In this document: positions 1-8,785 of the stretch, in pieces
Layout: each line of letters starts with the position of its first letter
Numbering within the stretch: position 1 is the first letter of the stretch
IMG/VR virus record: IMGVR_UViG_3300046355_000236
Reading direction: 5' to 3' (one strand)
Source: a virus
Lineage: Duplodnaviria; Heunggongvirae; Uroviricota; Caudoviricetes
DNA: 41,610 bases
Notes under the pieces: generated by a model
Told to the model about the DNA's origin: nothing
Databases searched by the model: none
What the model saw: only the letters and a program-made list of their open reading frames with translations
Position numbers and translations under genes: made by a program

Positions 1-50
1 ACAAAAACAGATAATGCATCAAAAAACAATTATTTCCCGAAAGGTTGATC

Positions 51-908
51 TTGATTAACTTCTGCCACATCAGTCCCACCGCTTATCTCAATAAGTATAC
101 TAAGAGTAACGGAGCGCACTTGCTTCTTGCTCATCTCGTTGAAGAAGATCCTGAGTACCGTGATTACTATGCCAATCTCGATGATGGCAAGTATAAGATC
201 ATGGACAATAGTGCCTTTGAAATGTTTAAGCTGGGACGACCCATGTATGAGTCTTCCAAGCTAATTGAGATGGGTAAGGCATGTAATGCAAATTGCATTG
301 TGCTATCTGATTACCCCAAGCAACCTTCACGTGTGACTGTTGAAGCCGCTAAGCGGTTGATCCCCGAGTTCAAGACGGAGGGATTTGATACATTCTTCGT
401 GCCTCAGAGTGAGCTTGGTGATATCGTCGATCTCGTCAATGCTATTGAGTGGGCTCTTAATAATGATGACATTGACTTGATCGGGATGTCTATTCTCGGC
501 TGCCCTATCGCTATGGGTGTCGACGAGTCTACGTTCGAAGGCGGTAAGCGAAGCGATGCATACAAGATGCAACGCTACTTGTCGCGCCATGCTGTATTCC
601 GTGAATTAGAACGCCGTAAACTGTTGACCGACAAAGCTAAGAAGCGTTTCCACTGCCTCGGAATGGTCGACGGTCCTAAAGAGATCAACTTACTTCGTGA
701 GTACTTTGATTTCATCTTCTCGTGGGATTCGAGCGCTGCTGTGTGGGCAGGTATCAATGGTGTTGCATTTGATGCATCTCCAACTGGCCTACAAAATGGC
801 AAGTTTGAAAAAGAAGTTGACTTTCATTACCAAGGCGAGCATAATCCCGGCTTAGTGTATGAAAACATTCATTACATCGATTGTATGGCCACAGGGAGCT
901 GGCGTTGA
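51..908 (+). CDS. TGT-fold (queuine tRNA-ribosyltransferase-like) protein, DpdA-like DNA transglycosylase candidate
   Basis: Motifs IMDNSAFE, VLSDYP, FVPQ, FHCLG and SWDSSAA occur in the order expected for TGT/DpdA TIM barrels. Start is TTG at 51 or 45, downstream of AAGG. Confidence 0.6.
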   Translation: MINFCHISPTAYLNKYTKSNGAHLLLAHLVEEDPEYRDYYANLDDGKYKIMDNSAFEMFKLGRPMYESSKLIEMGKACNANCIVLSDYPKQPSRVTVEAAKRLIPEFKTEGFDTFFVPQSELGDIVDLVNAIEWALNNDDIDLIGMSILGCPIAMGVDESTFEGGKRSDAYKMQRYLSRHAVFRELERRKLLTDKAKKRFHCLGMVDGPKEINLLREYFDFIFSWDSSAAVWAGINGVAFDASPTGLQNGKFEKEVDFHYQGEHNPGLVYENIHYIDCMATGSWR

Positions 909-1474
909 TTTATCTTGCAGTAACCGGTCCTAAGGGATCGGGTAAGGATACAGTTGCTCAACTTATTAAGGAGCTGTATCCCGATCACATTGTTAATTGC
1001 ATTGCTTTTGCAGACCCTATTAAGAAAGTAATCAACCACATCTTTGATCTTGATCCTGATAGTCTGGATCAGTACGACAAGTTTAAGAGGGATAACGTTG
1101 AGTACAGCCTTCCTGGTTATGTGCGTCACTCTGTCCCAGGTCGTCATGTGGTTCGTGAAATCGGTATGTTGATGCGTCACTACGACCAACACCAGTTTAC
1201 CAAGTATGTACGCGACATTATGACAGGTGGTGAGTTTGTAAAGAACCGTATTGACATCGTCACCGATCTGCGTTTCGACAATGAGTATATTATGTTGAAA
1301 GAGATCGGGGCAAAGATCATCAAGATCACTCGTCCTAATCACACATATGACGGACACATTACTGAGCGTGGTTTTGATGATCATCTTGTGGACAAGATCG
1401 TAATGAATGACGGAGATCTTAACTACCTCCGTATTAGAGTTAAAACAGTTATTGATAGTATTTTGAAGGAGTAA
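905..1474 (+). CDS. Deoxynucleoside monophosphate kinase (T4 gp1-like)
   Basis: N-terminal P-loop GPKGSGKDT, plus FADPIK and TDLRFDNE motifs. The TTG start at 905 overlaps the upstream TGA. Confidence 0.85.
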   Translation: MIYLAVTGPKGSGKDTVAQLIKELYPDHIVNCIAFADPIKKVINHIFDLDPDSLDQYDKFKRDNVEYSLPGYVRHSVPGRHVVREIGMLMRHYDQHQFTKYVRDIMTGGEFVKNRIDIVTDLRFDNEYIMLKEIGAKIIKITRPNHTYDGHITERGFDDHLVDKIVMNDGDLNYLRIRVKTVIDSILKE

Positions 1475-1476
1475 GA

Positions 1477-2094
1477 ATGAAGCATATCATGGGTCCAAAA
1501 AGTAAGTCAAAACTTACTAATGTACAGCAAGATGATATCCAACCCAATGCGGTAGATCTACGCCTCGGTAAAGTATTCAAGATGTCACAATCTACATTTA
1601 AGATTGATGAGACACAAAAGGTGCACCGTGGTTCGTTTGAGATTAAGCCTGATGTACAAGGATATTACAATCTACCAGAAGGTCACTATGAAGTGATTAT
1701 GGAGAACAAGATTGTCGTTGGTGATGGTGAAGCTGGTTGGGTTATCACACGTTCGACATTGAACCGCAATGGTGTCTTCCTGACATCTGGTTTATACGAT
1801 ACAGGCTACGATGGTGTTATGGCAGGCGTAATGCACGTTACTTGTGGTCCTATGAGGATCGCACAAGGTACACGCATTGGTCAATACCTATCGTTTAATG
1901 CAGAAGCCCTGCACAAGTACGATGGTGATTATGGCACCGGTAAAGCTCATGATGAGAAGTATGAAGCTAGTACAACAGATGATGCTGTGCAAGCGGTGGC
2001 TGATCTTCTTGCTGGTAAAGAGCCAGCAGAGCCACAACCAGAAGTAAAACGTAAACCCGGTCGTCCATTCGGCACCAAGAAAGCAAAGGAATAA
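1477..2094 (+). CDS. dCTP deaminase / dUTPase superfamily protein with extended C-terminal tail
   Basis: QPNAVDLRLG, RSTLNRNG, YDTGYDG and RIGQ motifs, and a YxGxY ending typical of Dcd-like enzymes. Confidence 0.8.
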   Translation: MKHIMGPKSKSKLTNVQQDDIQPNAVDLRLGKVFKMSQSTFKIDETQKVHRGSFEIKPDVQGYYNLPEGHYEVIMENKIVVGDGEAGWVITRSTLNRNGVFLTSGLYDTGYDGVMAGVMHVTCGPMRIAQGTRIGQYLSFNAEALHKYDGDYGTGKAHDEKYEASTTDDAVQAVADLLAGKEPAEPQPEVKRKPGRPFGTKKAKE

Positions 2095-2095
2095 T

Positions 2096-2950
2096 ATGGC
2101 ATTTGAAATTAAAGTCCCGATCGCAGATCTTCAAAAGAAGAAGCTGTTTGTTGCAACCCCGATGTACGGTGGCCAGTGTGCCGGCATGTATGCACGAAGC
2201 ATTGCTGATCTTGCAGCAGTGTGTGCAAAGTACAACATTCCTTTGCAGTTGTACTACCTGTTTAACGAGTCTTTGATTACTCGTGCTCGTAACTACTGCG
2301 TTGATGAGTTCTTGCGTAGCGATGCTACTCACTTGATGTTCATCGATAGTGATATTGGCTTCAACCCTCAAGACGTTATTGCTCTGATGGCCCTGCAGTC
2401 TGATGAAAGCGACTACGATGTTATCGGTGGCCCGTATCCTAAAAAGTGTATCAGCTGGGAAAAGATCAAAATCGCAGTTGATAAAGGCGTTGCTGATGAA
2501 GATCCAAACGTCTTGGAAAAGTTTGTTGGTGACTATGTGTTTAACCCTAAGTCCAACCAACGTGAGATCCCAATTGGTGAGCCTGTCGAGGTAATGGAAA
2601 TGGGTACAGGTTTTATGATGATTCGTCGTAAGACCTTTGAGAAGTACAAAGAAGCGTTCCCAACACTATCGTACAAGCCAGACCATATCCGTACTGATGC
2701 GTTCGACGGCTCACGTGAGATTCATGCATACTTCGATTGTATCATCGATCCAGTAAGCAAGCGTTACCTGTCAGAAGATTATATGTTCTGCTACAACGTT
2801 GAAAAGATGGGATCTAAAGTATGGCTGTGTCCATGGATGAGTATGAACCACGTTGGTAGTTATGTTTTTGGTGGTAGCTTGGCAGACCTCGCATCGATTG
2901 GTGCTTCTGCGACTGCTGACGCCTCTCAATTGAAAAAAGGTAAGAAGTAA
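2096..2950 (+). CDS. GT-A fold glycosyltransferase-like protein, conserved in T4-like phages
   Basis: ATPMYGG, ESLITRARN, LMFIDSDI (DxD), GTGFMMI and LSEDY motifs. Confidence 0.7.
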   Translation: MAFEIKVPIADLQKKKLFVATPMYGGQCAGMYARSIADLAAVCAKYNIPLQLYYLFNESLITRARNYCVDEFLRSDATHLMFIDSDIGFNPQDVIALMALQSDESDYDVIGGPYPKKCISWEKIKIAVDKGVADEDPNVLEKFVGDYVFNPKSNQREIPIGEPVEVMEMGTGFMMIRRKTFEKYKEAFPTLSYKPDHIRTDAFDGSREIHAYFDCIIDPVSKRYLSEDYMFCYNVEKMGSKVWLCPWMSMNHVGSYVFGGSLADLASIGASATADASQLKKGKK

Positions 2951-2953
2951 ATT

Positions 2954-3616
2954 ATGAAACTCGAAACACGCACGATGCAAATTTTGAAAAACTTTGCTAT
3001 GATTAACCCATCGATGCTGTTTCGCGAGGGGGAGATCCAATCAACGATTGCCCCTCAAAAAACAATCCTAGCTCGGACAACATTGAAAGAGACTCTGCCT
3101 AAAGAGTTTGCTATCTTTGATCTGTCCCGCTTTATCGGTGTGCTTTCGCTGTTCAACGAACCTGAATTGGAGTTTGATGATGCTCGTGTTCTTATTCAGC
3201 AAGGGCGCCAAAAGGTCGAGTATACGTTCGCTGATCCTGAGCTTGTCGTTGCGCCACCTTCTAAGACTCCTGCTATCAATGATCCCGAAGTCAAATTCAC
3301 ATTGACAGGCGAGTCCTTACAGTCTACGATGCGTGCACTTGGTGCCTTGCAATCGACACACATCATCGTTGAAGGTGATGGATCTAACATCTTGTTGGGT
3401 GTTGGCAAACCTACCGATCCAACGAGTGATACATTCCGTATTGATGTAGGCACAACAGAGCATACTTTTAAGTTCGCATTCAAGGCAGAAAACATTAAAA
3501 TTCTTCCAGGTGACTACGAAGTCGAAATTTCCTCAAAAAACATTTCACATTTTAAGTGTAGTGATGTAGAATACTGGATTATGGCAGACTCCAATCACTC
3601 TGAATTTAACGGTTAA
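2954..3616 (+). CDS. 45: Sliding clamp (gp45)
   Basis: MKL..T..ILKNFA.IN N-terminus and FAIFDLSRF motif, 220 aa, immediately upstream of gp44. Confidence 0.95.
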   Translation: MKLETRTMQILKNFAMINPSMLFREGEIQSTIAPQKTILARTTLKETLPKEFAIFDLSRFIGVLSLFNEPELEFDDARVLIQQGRQKVEYTFADPELVVAPPSKTPAINDPEVKFTLTGESLQSTMRALGALQSTHIIVEGDGSNILLGVGKPTDPTSDTFRIDVGTTEHTFKFAFKAENIKILPGDYEVEISSKNISHFKCSDVEYWIMADSNHSEFNG

Positions 3617-3620
3617 CTAA

Positions 3621-4559
3621 ATGCGTGAAGAATTTCTCTGGGTTGAAAAACATCGCCCACGTAAGATCAAGGACACTGTCCTTCCTCAATCCCTGCAAGC
3701 TGTATTCCAACAGTTTGTGGATCAGGACAACATCCCGAACTTGCTGCTGACTGGCCGCGCTGGTGTAGGTAAAACTACAGTGGCGCGAGCCATGCTCGAT
3801 GAGATCGGTGCAGACTACATGATTATCAACGGTAGTATGCATGGTAACATTGATACTCTGCGTACTGACATCCTCAACTTCGCTAGCACAGTGTCGTTTA
3901 GTGGTGGACGTAAGTATGTGATTCTGGATGAGGCTGACTACCTTAACCCGAACAGTACGCAACCGGCTTTGCGTAACTTTATGGAGCAGTACAGTAAGAA
4001 CTGTGGCTTCATTCTTACATGCAACTTTCGTAACAAACTGATCGATCCATTGGTGTCTCGTTGCAGTGTTATCGACTTTGCTATTCCAAAGACAGAGAAG
4101 CCAAAGTTAGCTGCTAAGTTCTACCGCCGTGTCGTTGACATTCTCGCTGCTGAGCAGGTAGAGTTTGAACCTAAGGTCGTGGCTTCTTTGATCGAGCGCC
4201 ATTTCCCTGACTGGCGCCGTGTGTTGAACGAGCTGCAGCGATACGGCGCATCTGGTAAGGTTGATTCTGGTATCCTATCTAACCTTGACGAGACATCATA
4301 TAAGAGTTTGATTGAGTACTTGAAGAACAAAGAGTTTTCTAATGTACGTAAGTGGGTCGGTGAGAATGCTGATACCGACACTGCTGTGTTGTTCCGTAAG
4401 TTTTACGACACCGCGCATGATCATATGGATTCACCATCCATTGCTCAAATGGTGTTGATTATTGCAAAGTACCAGTATCAAGCAGCATTTGTTGCTGATC
4501 CTGAGATTAACCTTGCAGCGTGTATGACTGAATTAATGGTGGAGTGTAACTTTAAATGA
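3621..4559 (+). CDS. 44: Clamp loader large subunit (gp44)
   Basis: LWVEKHRP, Walker A GRAGVGKT, Walker B ILDEAD, SRC and FPDWRR motifs. Confidence 0.97.
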   Translation: MREEFLWVEKHRPRKIKDTVLPQSLQAVFQQFVDQDNIPNLLLTGRAGVGKTTVARAMLDEIGADYMIINGSMHGNIDTLRTDILNFASTVSFSGGRKYVILDEADYLNPNSTQPALRNFMEQYSKNCGFILTCNFRNKLIDPLVSRCSVIDFAIPKTEKPKLAAKFYRRVVDILAAEQVEFEPKVVASLIERHFPDWRRVLNELQRYGASGKVDSGILSNLDETSYKSLIEYLKNKEFSNVRKWVGENADTDTAVLFRKFYDTAHDHMDSPSIAQMVLIIAKYQYQAAFVADPEINLAACMTELMVECNFK

Positions 4560-4723
4560 TTGATGAAAATATTCCCGATCCTATTTGGCACCGCAACATT
4601 AGCTTTGCTAAAAGCGGTCTACGTATCATTGCTTGTGGATTCATAGTAACAGGTGGTCTGGTCGGTGCCGGTCTTTTCCTGTTCCTTGCTGAATTACTCG
4701 GTATCTTTGAGGAAATAGTGTAA
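4556..4723 (+). CDS. Small membrane protein (55 aa)
   Basis: Read directly as MIDENIPDPIWHRNISFAKSGLRIIAC...AELLGIFEEIV. Hydrophobic, with ATGA overlap with gp44. Below the ORF-track cutoff. Confidence 0.7.
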   Translation: MIDENIPDPIWHRNISFAKSGLRIIACGFIVTGGLVGAGLFLFLAELLGIFEEIV

Positions 4724-4878
4724 TGCAATTTTGGCGGTTGTGGGCAAAAGCAATCGGCGAAAAAGCAAGTGAGGATGATAGGGAAGCTGATAGGGTTGCT
4801 ATCATCCGCACCGCTATCGTTCTCTGTTACGTAATTACAAACGTGTTTATTATCGCTGGTGTAATTCGACACTGGTAA
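4723..4878 (+). CDS. Small membrane protein (51 aa)
   Basis: Read directly as MQFWRLWAKAIGEKASEDDREADRVAIIRT...IIAGVIRHW. TAATG coupling to the upstream gene. Resembles a small protein common in aquatic T4-like phages. Confidence 0.75.
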   Translation: MQFWRLWAKAIGEKASEDDREADRVAIIRTAIVLCYVITNVFIIAGVIRHW

Positions 4879-4914
4879 AGGATATAAAATGATTAAAGTG
4901 TTTAAGAGGTCGAT

Positions 4915-5283
4915 GTGAGTGGCCGCCGTAGTTTTATTAAAGGCTTTGGTATCCTCAGTGCTGTTTTCTCTGGCGGCGCTATTGCTAGTGCTACAACCCC
5001 AACACCAGCGCCTAGCCCTATCGCTGTCAATCCTGGCAATAACGATCTGCCTGTAAAGGAAGACATCAGTCACCTTGCTCCACCAAAGATGGACGTACCT
5101 GTGTTTTCCATTACTGGTGCGTATGGCGAAGACAACAAACCTCAACCAACATATCCTGGATCACCATATATGTTTGCCCCGCTCAATCCTAAAGTTACTA
5201 ACAAAGTCAATATAGCTGTAGGACGAGACAATCGTTTGTGGTTGGAGATTGATGGAGAATGGCGGAGAGTTGCAGTTGAATGA
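4915..5283 (+). CDS. Hypothetical protein with twin-arginine (Tat)-like signal peptide
   Basis: N-terminus SGRRSFIK, then a hydrophobic stretch and an ASA cleavage site, followed by a Pro-rich linker. GAGG RBS before the GTG start. Confidence 0.7.
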   Translation: MSGRRSFIKGFGILSAVFSGGAIASATTPTPAPSPIAVNPGNNDLPVKEDISHLAPPKMDVPVFSITGAYGEDNKPQPTYPGSPYMFAPLNPKVTNKVNIAVGRDNRLWLEIDGEWRRVAVE

Positions 5284-5563
5284 TATTTTTGTAAACTTAT
5301 TAGGATGGATCAAAGATGATTGGCGTAGTAATCGTTTTCGGTTTTGCATTGAGCTGCTTGCTTGGGGCATTAGCATTGGGTGTTCGATCACCATGGCTCT
5401 TACTGTCCCCAATCCGCCCCTACTTACTATGTACCCTATATGGATCATCGGTTGTAGCCTCTATGCTTGGGCTGCTTTTACTCGGAAATCTTTTGGCATG
5501 CTGGCTAACTACATGCTTCTTGTGACAATCGACACGATTGGTCTGATTAGGATGCTTGCATGA
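5276..5563 (+). CDS. Hypothetical membrane protein (about 3 TM helices)
   Basis: Hydrophobic ORF tightly packed between its neighbours. Start uncertain (TTG 5276 or ATG 5252). Confidence 0.7.
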   Translation: MNDIFVNLLGWIKDDWRSNRFRFCIELLAWGISIGCSITMALTVPNPPLLTMYPIWIIGCSLYAWAAFTRKSFGMLANYMLLVTIDTIGLIRMLA

Positions 5564-6093
5564 AGATTGGTATTACTGGACACTCAAAAGGTCTGGGCGC
5601 CGAGCTGGCTGAATATTATTCGAGCCAAGGTCACGATGTGTTGGGATGGTCAAGGTCTAATGGCTTTGATCTGAACAACACATTACCTATTGTTGCCAAG
5701 CAATGTGAGGAATGTGATATAATCTTTAACAACGCACCAGGATATTTCCAATATGAACTATTTCAGTTGTTAGCTGGGTCAGCAAAGTTGCAGAATAACC
5801 ACTCTGTGATTGTTAACATTAGCTCACTTGCTTCGAGGTTTGGTGTATCACAGTCGATGGCGTATGCTGCTCATAAAGCAGCTCTGGATACTGCCACGCT
5901 TTCCTATCAGCTATGGGGTAGCCGTTGGCCAGCGGCACTTTTAATTCGTCCAGGATACTTTACTGGCGAGCGCTCTGCCCATAAGAAAGTTCAGCATGTC
6001 GATGTGCATGCTGTGATGCACACAATTATAAACGCGGTAGAGGCTGCGTATAACGACCGATACCGCATTAACGAGATCACTATAGTACGATGA
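5560..6093 (+). CDS. Short-chain dehydrogenase/reductase (SDR)
   Basis: TGHSKGLG Rossmann motif, NNA, VNISS and catalytic YAAHK. Confidence 0.85.
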   Translation: MKIGITGHSKGLGAELAEYYSSQGHDVLGWSRSNGFDLNNTLPIVAKQCEECDIIFNNAPGYFQYELFQLLAGSAKLQNNHSVIVNISSLASRFGVSQSMAYAAHKAALDTATLSYQLWGSRWPAALLIRPGYFTGERSAHKKVQHVDVHAVMHTIINAVEAAYNDRYRINEITIVR

Positions 6094-6518
6094 CGCCATT
6101 TGACTTTGTTAACAGCATTAACAGCCCTTCTAAGAAGGATTTGATGACTGATTCTGAAAACGACGAGCTAGCTGAAAGCTCGTATGTTCCTTTTATTGTC
6201 AATAAGACACTTTCCTACTTTCCAGAAACGATTCTCCACGCTAATGAGATGAACCGTGCTGGGGTAGATAATAAACTTCAATATCACTATCTTCTAAATA
6301 GCATCCGACCGGCAAAAAGATTTGCCAAGTGGGCGAAGAGTGAGATGACAGAGGATGTTGAAGCAGTGATGCAATACTATGGCTATAGTGCTGACAAGGC
6401 ACGACAAGCGCTCAAAATCCTCACCACAGACGACCTACACTACATAAAACAAAAATTAGAACGTGGTGGTAATCATGATAAAACTAGAGTCTCTAGTAGA
6501 GGTAAAACTAAAGATTGA
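6090..6518 (+). CDS. 62: Clamp loader small subunit (gp62)
   Basis: PFDFVNSIN, Y.PFIVNK.LS, ANEMN, LQY.YLLNSIR and YYGYS motifs, immediately upstream of regA. Confidence 0.92.
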   Translation: MTPFDFVNSINSPSKKDLMTDSENDELAESSYVPFIVNKTLSYFPETILHANEMNRAGVDNKLQYHYLLNSIRPAKRFAKWAKSEMTEDVEAVMQYYGYSADKARQALKILTTDDLHYIKQKLERGGNHDKTRVSSRGKTKD

Positions 6519-6870
6519 TGAAGATTTTCTGAAAGTCAAGGAAACATTGACTCGTATTGGTGTGGCTTCAAAGAAAGAAAAGAAGCTGTATCAGTCCTGT
6601 CATATTCTTCACAAGCAAGGACAGTACTACATTGTCCATTTCAAAGAGCTGTTTGCGCTCGATGGCAAACCAACAAACATTTCCGAAGATGATATTGCGC
6701 GTAGAAATACAATCGCAAACCTAATCACCGAGTGGGGCCTTGTTACGTTGGTTGATGCTGCAAAATCAAAAGCTCCAACTACCCCTATGTCTCAGATTAA
6801 AGTGATCCCACACAAAGAAAAGTCTGAGTGGGATCTTGTGACCAAATATTCAATTGGTCGTAAACTTTAA
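6475..6870 (+). CDS. regA: Translational repressor RegA
   Basis: DFLKVKETLTRIGVAS, LYQSCHILHKQG.YYIVHFKELFALDG and RRNTIA motifs. Confidence 0.97.
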   Translation: MIKLESLVEVKLKIDEDFLKVKETLTRIGVASKKEKKLYQSCHILHKQGQYYIVHFKELFALDGKPTNISEDDIARRNTIANLITEWGLVTLVDAAKSKAPTTPMSQIKVIPHKEKSEWDLVTKYSIGRKL

Positions 6871-7409
6871 ATTGTAAACGGCAACCATAACCACACTGCT
6901 TGTGAAAGCATCAGTGTAGCCGTTCCACCAACAGCTAAGCTAGCCCAGTACAGGCGCATATTAACTGCTAGAATCGATGCGGTCAAAAGAACGACAGCAA
7001 TCTGAAATAGTGAACCTGAATATGTATACCATGGGCTACGCGTCTTTGCAACAGCACGTTCCTTTTCAAGCCCACGTGCCTTTTCCATCAGAGCTTTCTT
7101 TCCCTCTTTAGGTTCATTGTCGTAGCGATCAATCTTTGCTTCCAATACAGCAGCCTTTTTCATATCCTTACGGGACATTGCATCATCATAAGCCATTTCA
7201 GCAAGAGTCTGTTTAATACTCTTTGCTTGATAGAATGACCATGTGTTGTTTGCTTCTATGGTGTTGTTTAGAATCTTAGAACTATTGCTACCACCGAAAT
7301 AGGTATTAAGGGCCAAAAGAGCAGCAAATACCACGATAACCCATCCAGCTTTATCTTTAATTTGGGCTTCTCTTTCGCTTCTACTAAGAGGCTTCTTTTC
7401 TTCTGTCAT
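6867..7409 (-). CDS. Membrane protein, DUF4337-like (TM - periplasmic coiled coil - 2 TM)
   Basis: WSFYQAKSIKQ and FQIAVVL.ASIL motifs recalled from DUF4337. GGAG RBS. Last gene of the minus-strand operon. Confidence 0.7.
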   Translation of the reverse strand: MTEEKKPLSRSEREAQIKDKAGWVIVVFAALLALNTYFGGSNSSKILNNTIEANNTWSFYQAKSIKQTLAEMAYDDAMSRKDMKKAAVLEAKIDRYDNEPKEGKKALMEKARGLEKERAVAKTRSPWYTYSGSLFQIAVVLLTASILAVNMRLYWASLAVGGTATLMLSQAVWLWLPFTI

Positions 7410-7417
7410 AATCGCTC

Positions 7418-7780
7418 CTAAAATTTTATTTTTAATCCAATTGATAAATTATTTACTATTGCAGACCCGTGGTCTGCAATAGTAAAATAGTAGTATATAC
7501 TTTTGTTACTATCGGACAAATCACTTTTGTAAACAGCGTAGTGTAATGCAAGTCTGGTAATGAAGTATAGATCTACTTCCCGTGTACTGGGTCTACTTCC
7601 AATAATTTTACTAGCAATGGGGCCTTTTTCAACAAACCCCTCATCATATCGTTGCGTCATATTACGTGTCGTGGACCAATCGCCTAAGATTAGTGCAGTG
7701 CCAGTCCACATCTCACCAATATGTTGAGCACTGCAGTTAAACGATAGCGCTAACAAAAATGATAGCACTAATAGTTTCAT
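7418..7780 (-). CDS. Exported hypothetical protein
   Basis: Sec signal MKLLVLSFLLALSFNCSA. C-terminus GLKIKF alternates and ends in Phe. Confidence 0.65.
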   Translation of the reverse strand: MKLLVLSFLLALSFNCSAQHIGEMWTGTALILGDWSTTRNMTQRYDEGFVEKGPIASKIIGSRPSTREVDLYFITRLALHYAVYKSDLSDSNKSIYYYFTIADHGSAIVNNLSIGLKIKF

Positions 7781-8331
7781 TTTGCTAATGGGTTATCAAT
7801 CGCTTTTTGGATCTTATTATCCACGTCGCGGTTAATTCGTTCTAACTTATTGTCGGTATCGCGCTTGAGTTTATCCATATCATCACGAGTACGGTCTAGG
7901 TTGGAACGTAGGTCTTTCTGCATGGCTTTTAGATCCATGTCTGTTTCACGCTGTGCTTGCTTAACACTGCGCTCGATCTGTTCTGTGACTGATTCGTTAC
8001 GACGAATGTCATTCTTTAGATCTGTCTTGATATCACGAGTATAGTCGGCACCCTTCTGGCTGTTTTCTTCGATCACCGCTAAGCGCTTATCGAATCCAGA
8101 AAGGTCAGGGGCTGAATACTCGGAGATTTTCTTTTTCATCCCTTGATAATCTTTGTACACTTCGAAGGCACCGTACAAACTACCAAGAGTTGATGATACA
8201 ATTGTGAACGCCACCATTAGTTTGGCGGGGGTGAATTCATATCCACCAATGCTAATAACTGTATCCTTACTAGCATATTTTTTAGCTGCTTCTTCTAACT
8301 TTTCTACTTCTTTGTTTAAGTCTTTTTCTGA
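7777..8331 (-). CDS. Single-TM anchored coiled-coil protein
   Basis: One TM segment (LMVAFTIVSSTLGSLYGAF) followed by about 110 aa of heptad-rich charged sequence. GGAG RBS before ATG 8331. Confidence 0.7.
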   Translation of the reverse strand, partial: SEKDLNKEVEKLEEAAKKYASKDTVISIGGYEFTPAKLMVAFTIVSSTLGSLYGAFEVYKDYQGMKKKISEYSAPDLSGFDKRLAVIEENSQKGADYTRDIKTDLKNDIRRNESVTEQIERSVKQAQRETDMDLKAMQKDLRSNLDRTRDDMDKLKRDTDNKLERINRDVDNKIQKAIDNPLAK

Positions 8332-8377
8332 CATTTTAACTTCTCCATTTATTTCCACAAAAATGGATTGAAAAATA

Positions 8378-8785
8378 TCATTTTTCGAATTTCATGTTCT
8401 TTAAATTACGTAGTTCACCTTCTAATTTTTCAAGTTCCATTCTCTTCTTTTCTAACTCAAGTTGATATAATACACTACAATCAACTCTACCTTTTGGCGC
8501 GCCAATCGGTATAATAATCCTTCCATATACACCTACATCTTTTGTGTTCGGTGTAACTGGGTTTGTTGTTATAATCTGATTATTGTTGTTACCAATGATA
8601 CCAACAACGCCAAACTCAACATTCGTGCCTGAACCAATAGCCATCGAGCAATCAAGTTCGCCAGCTCTAAATCTATCAGAGAGGTAACTACCAGGTGCGC
8701 TTGGTATAGCGAGGTTAAGTGACCCACCTTGAGAATAACTCAGGTTATACCACATTAGCAACAGTAATCCAAATAGATACTTCAT
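8378..8785 (-). CDS. Exported hypothetical protein (2 Cys, beta-hairpin plus C-terminal coiled coil)
   Basis: Signal peptide, LDCS...VEFGV...VGVYGRIIIPIG...VDCS core and an LELEKKRMELEKLE helix. Confidence 0.7.
   Translation of the reverse strand: MKYLFGLLLLMWYNLSYSQGGSLNLAIPSAPGSYLSDRFRAGELDCSMAIGSGTNVEFGVVGIIGNNNNQIITTNPVTPNTKDVGVYGRIIIPIGAPKGRVDCSVLYQLELEKKRMELEKLEGELRNLKNMKFEK

Noticed and set aside
6293-6300. CTAAATA late-promoter-like variants inside coding regions (also near 22082)
   Set aside because: These are imperfect matches in AT-rich coding sequence and cannot be distinguished from chance without transcript data.
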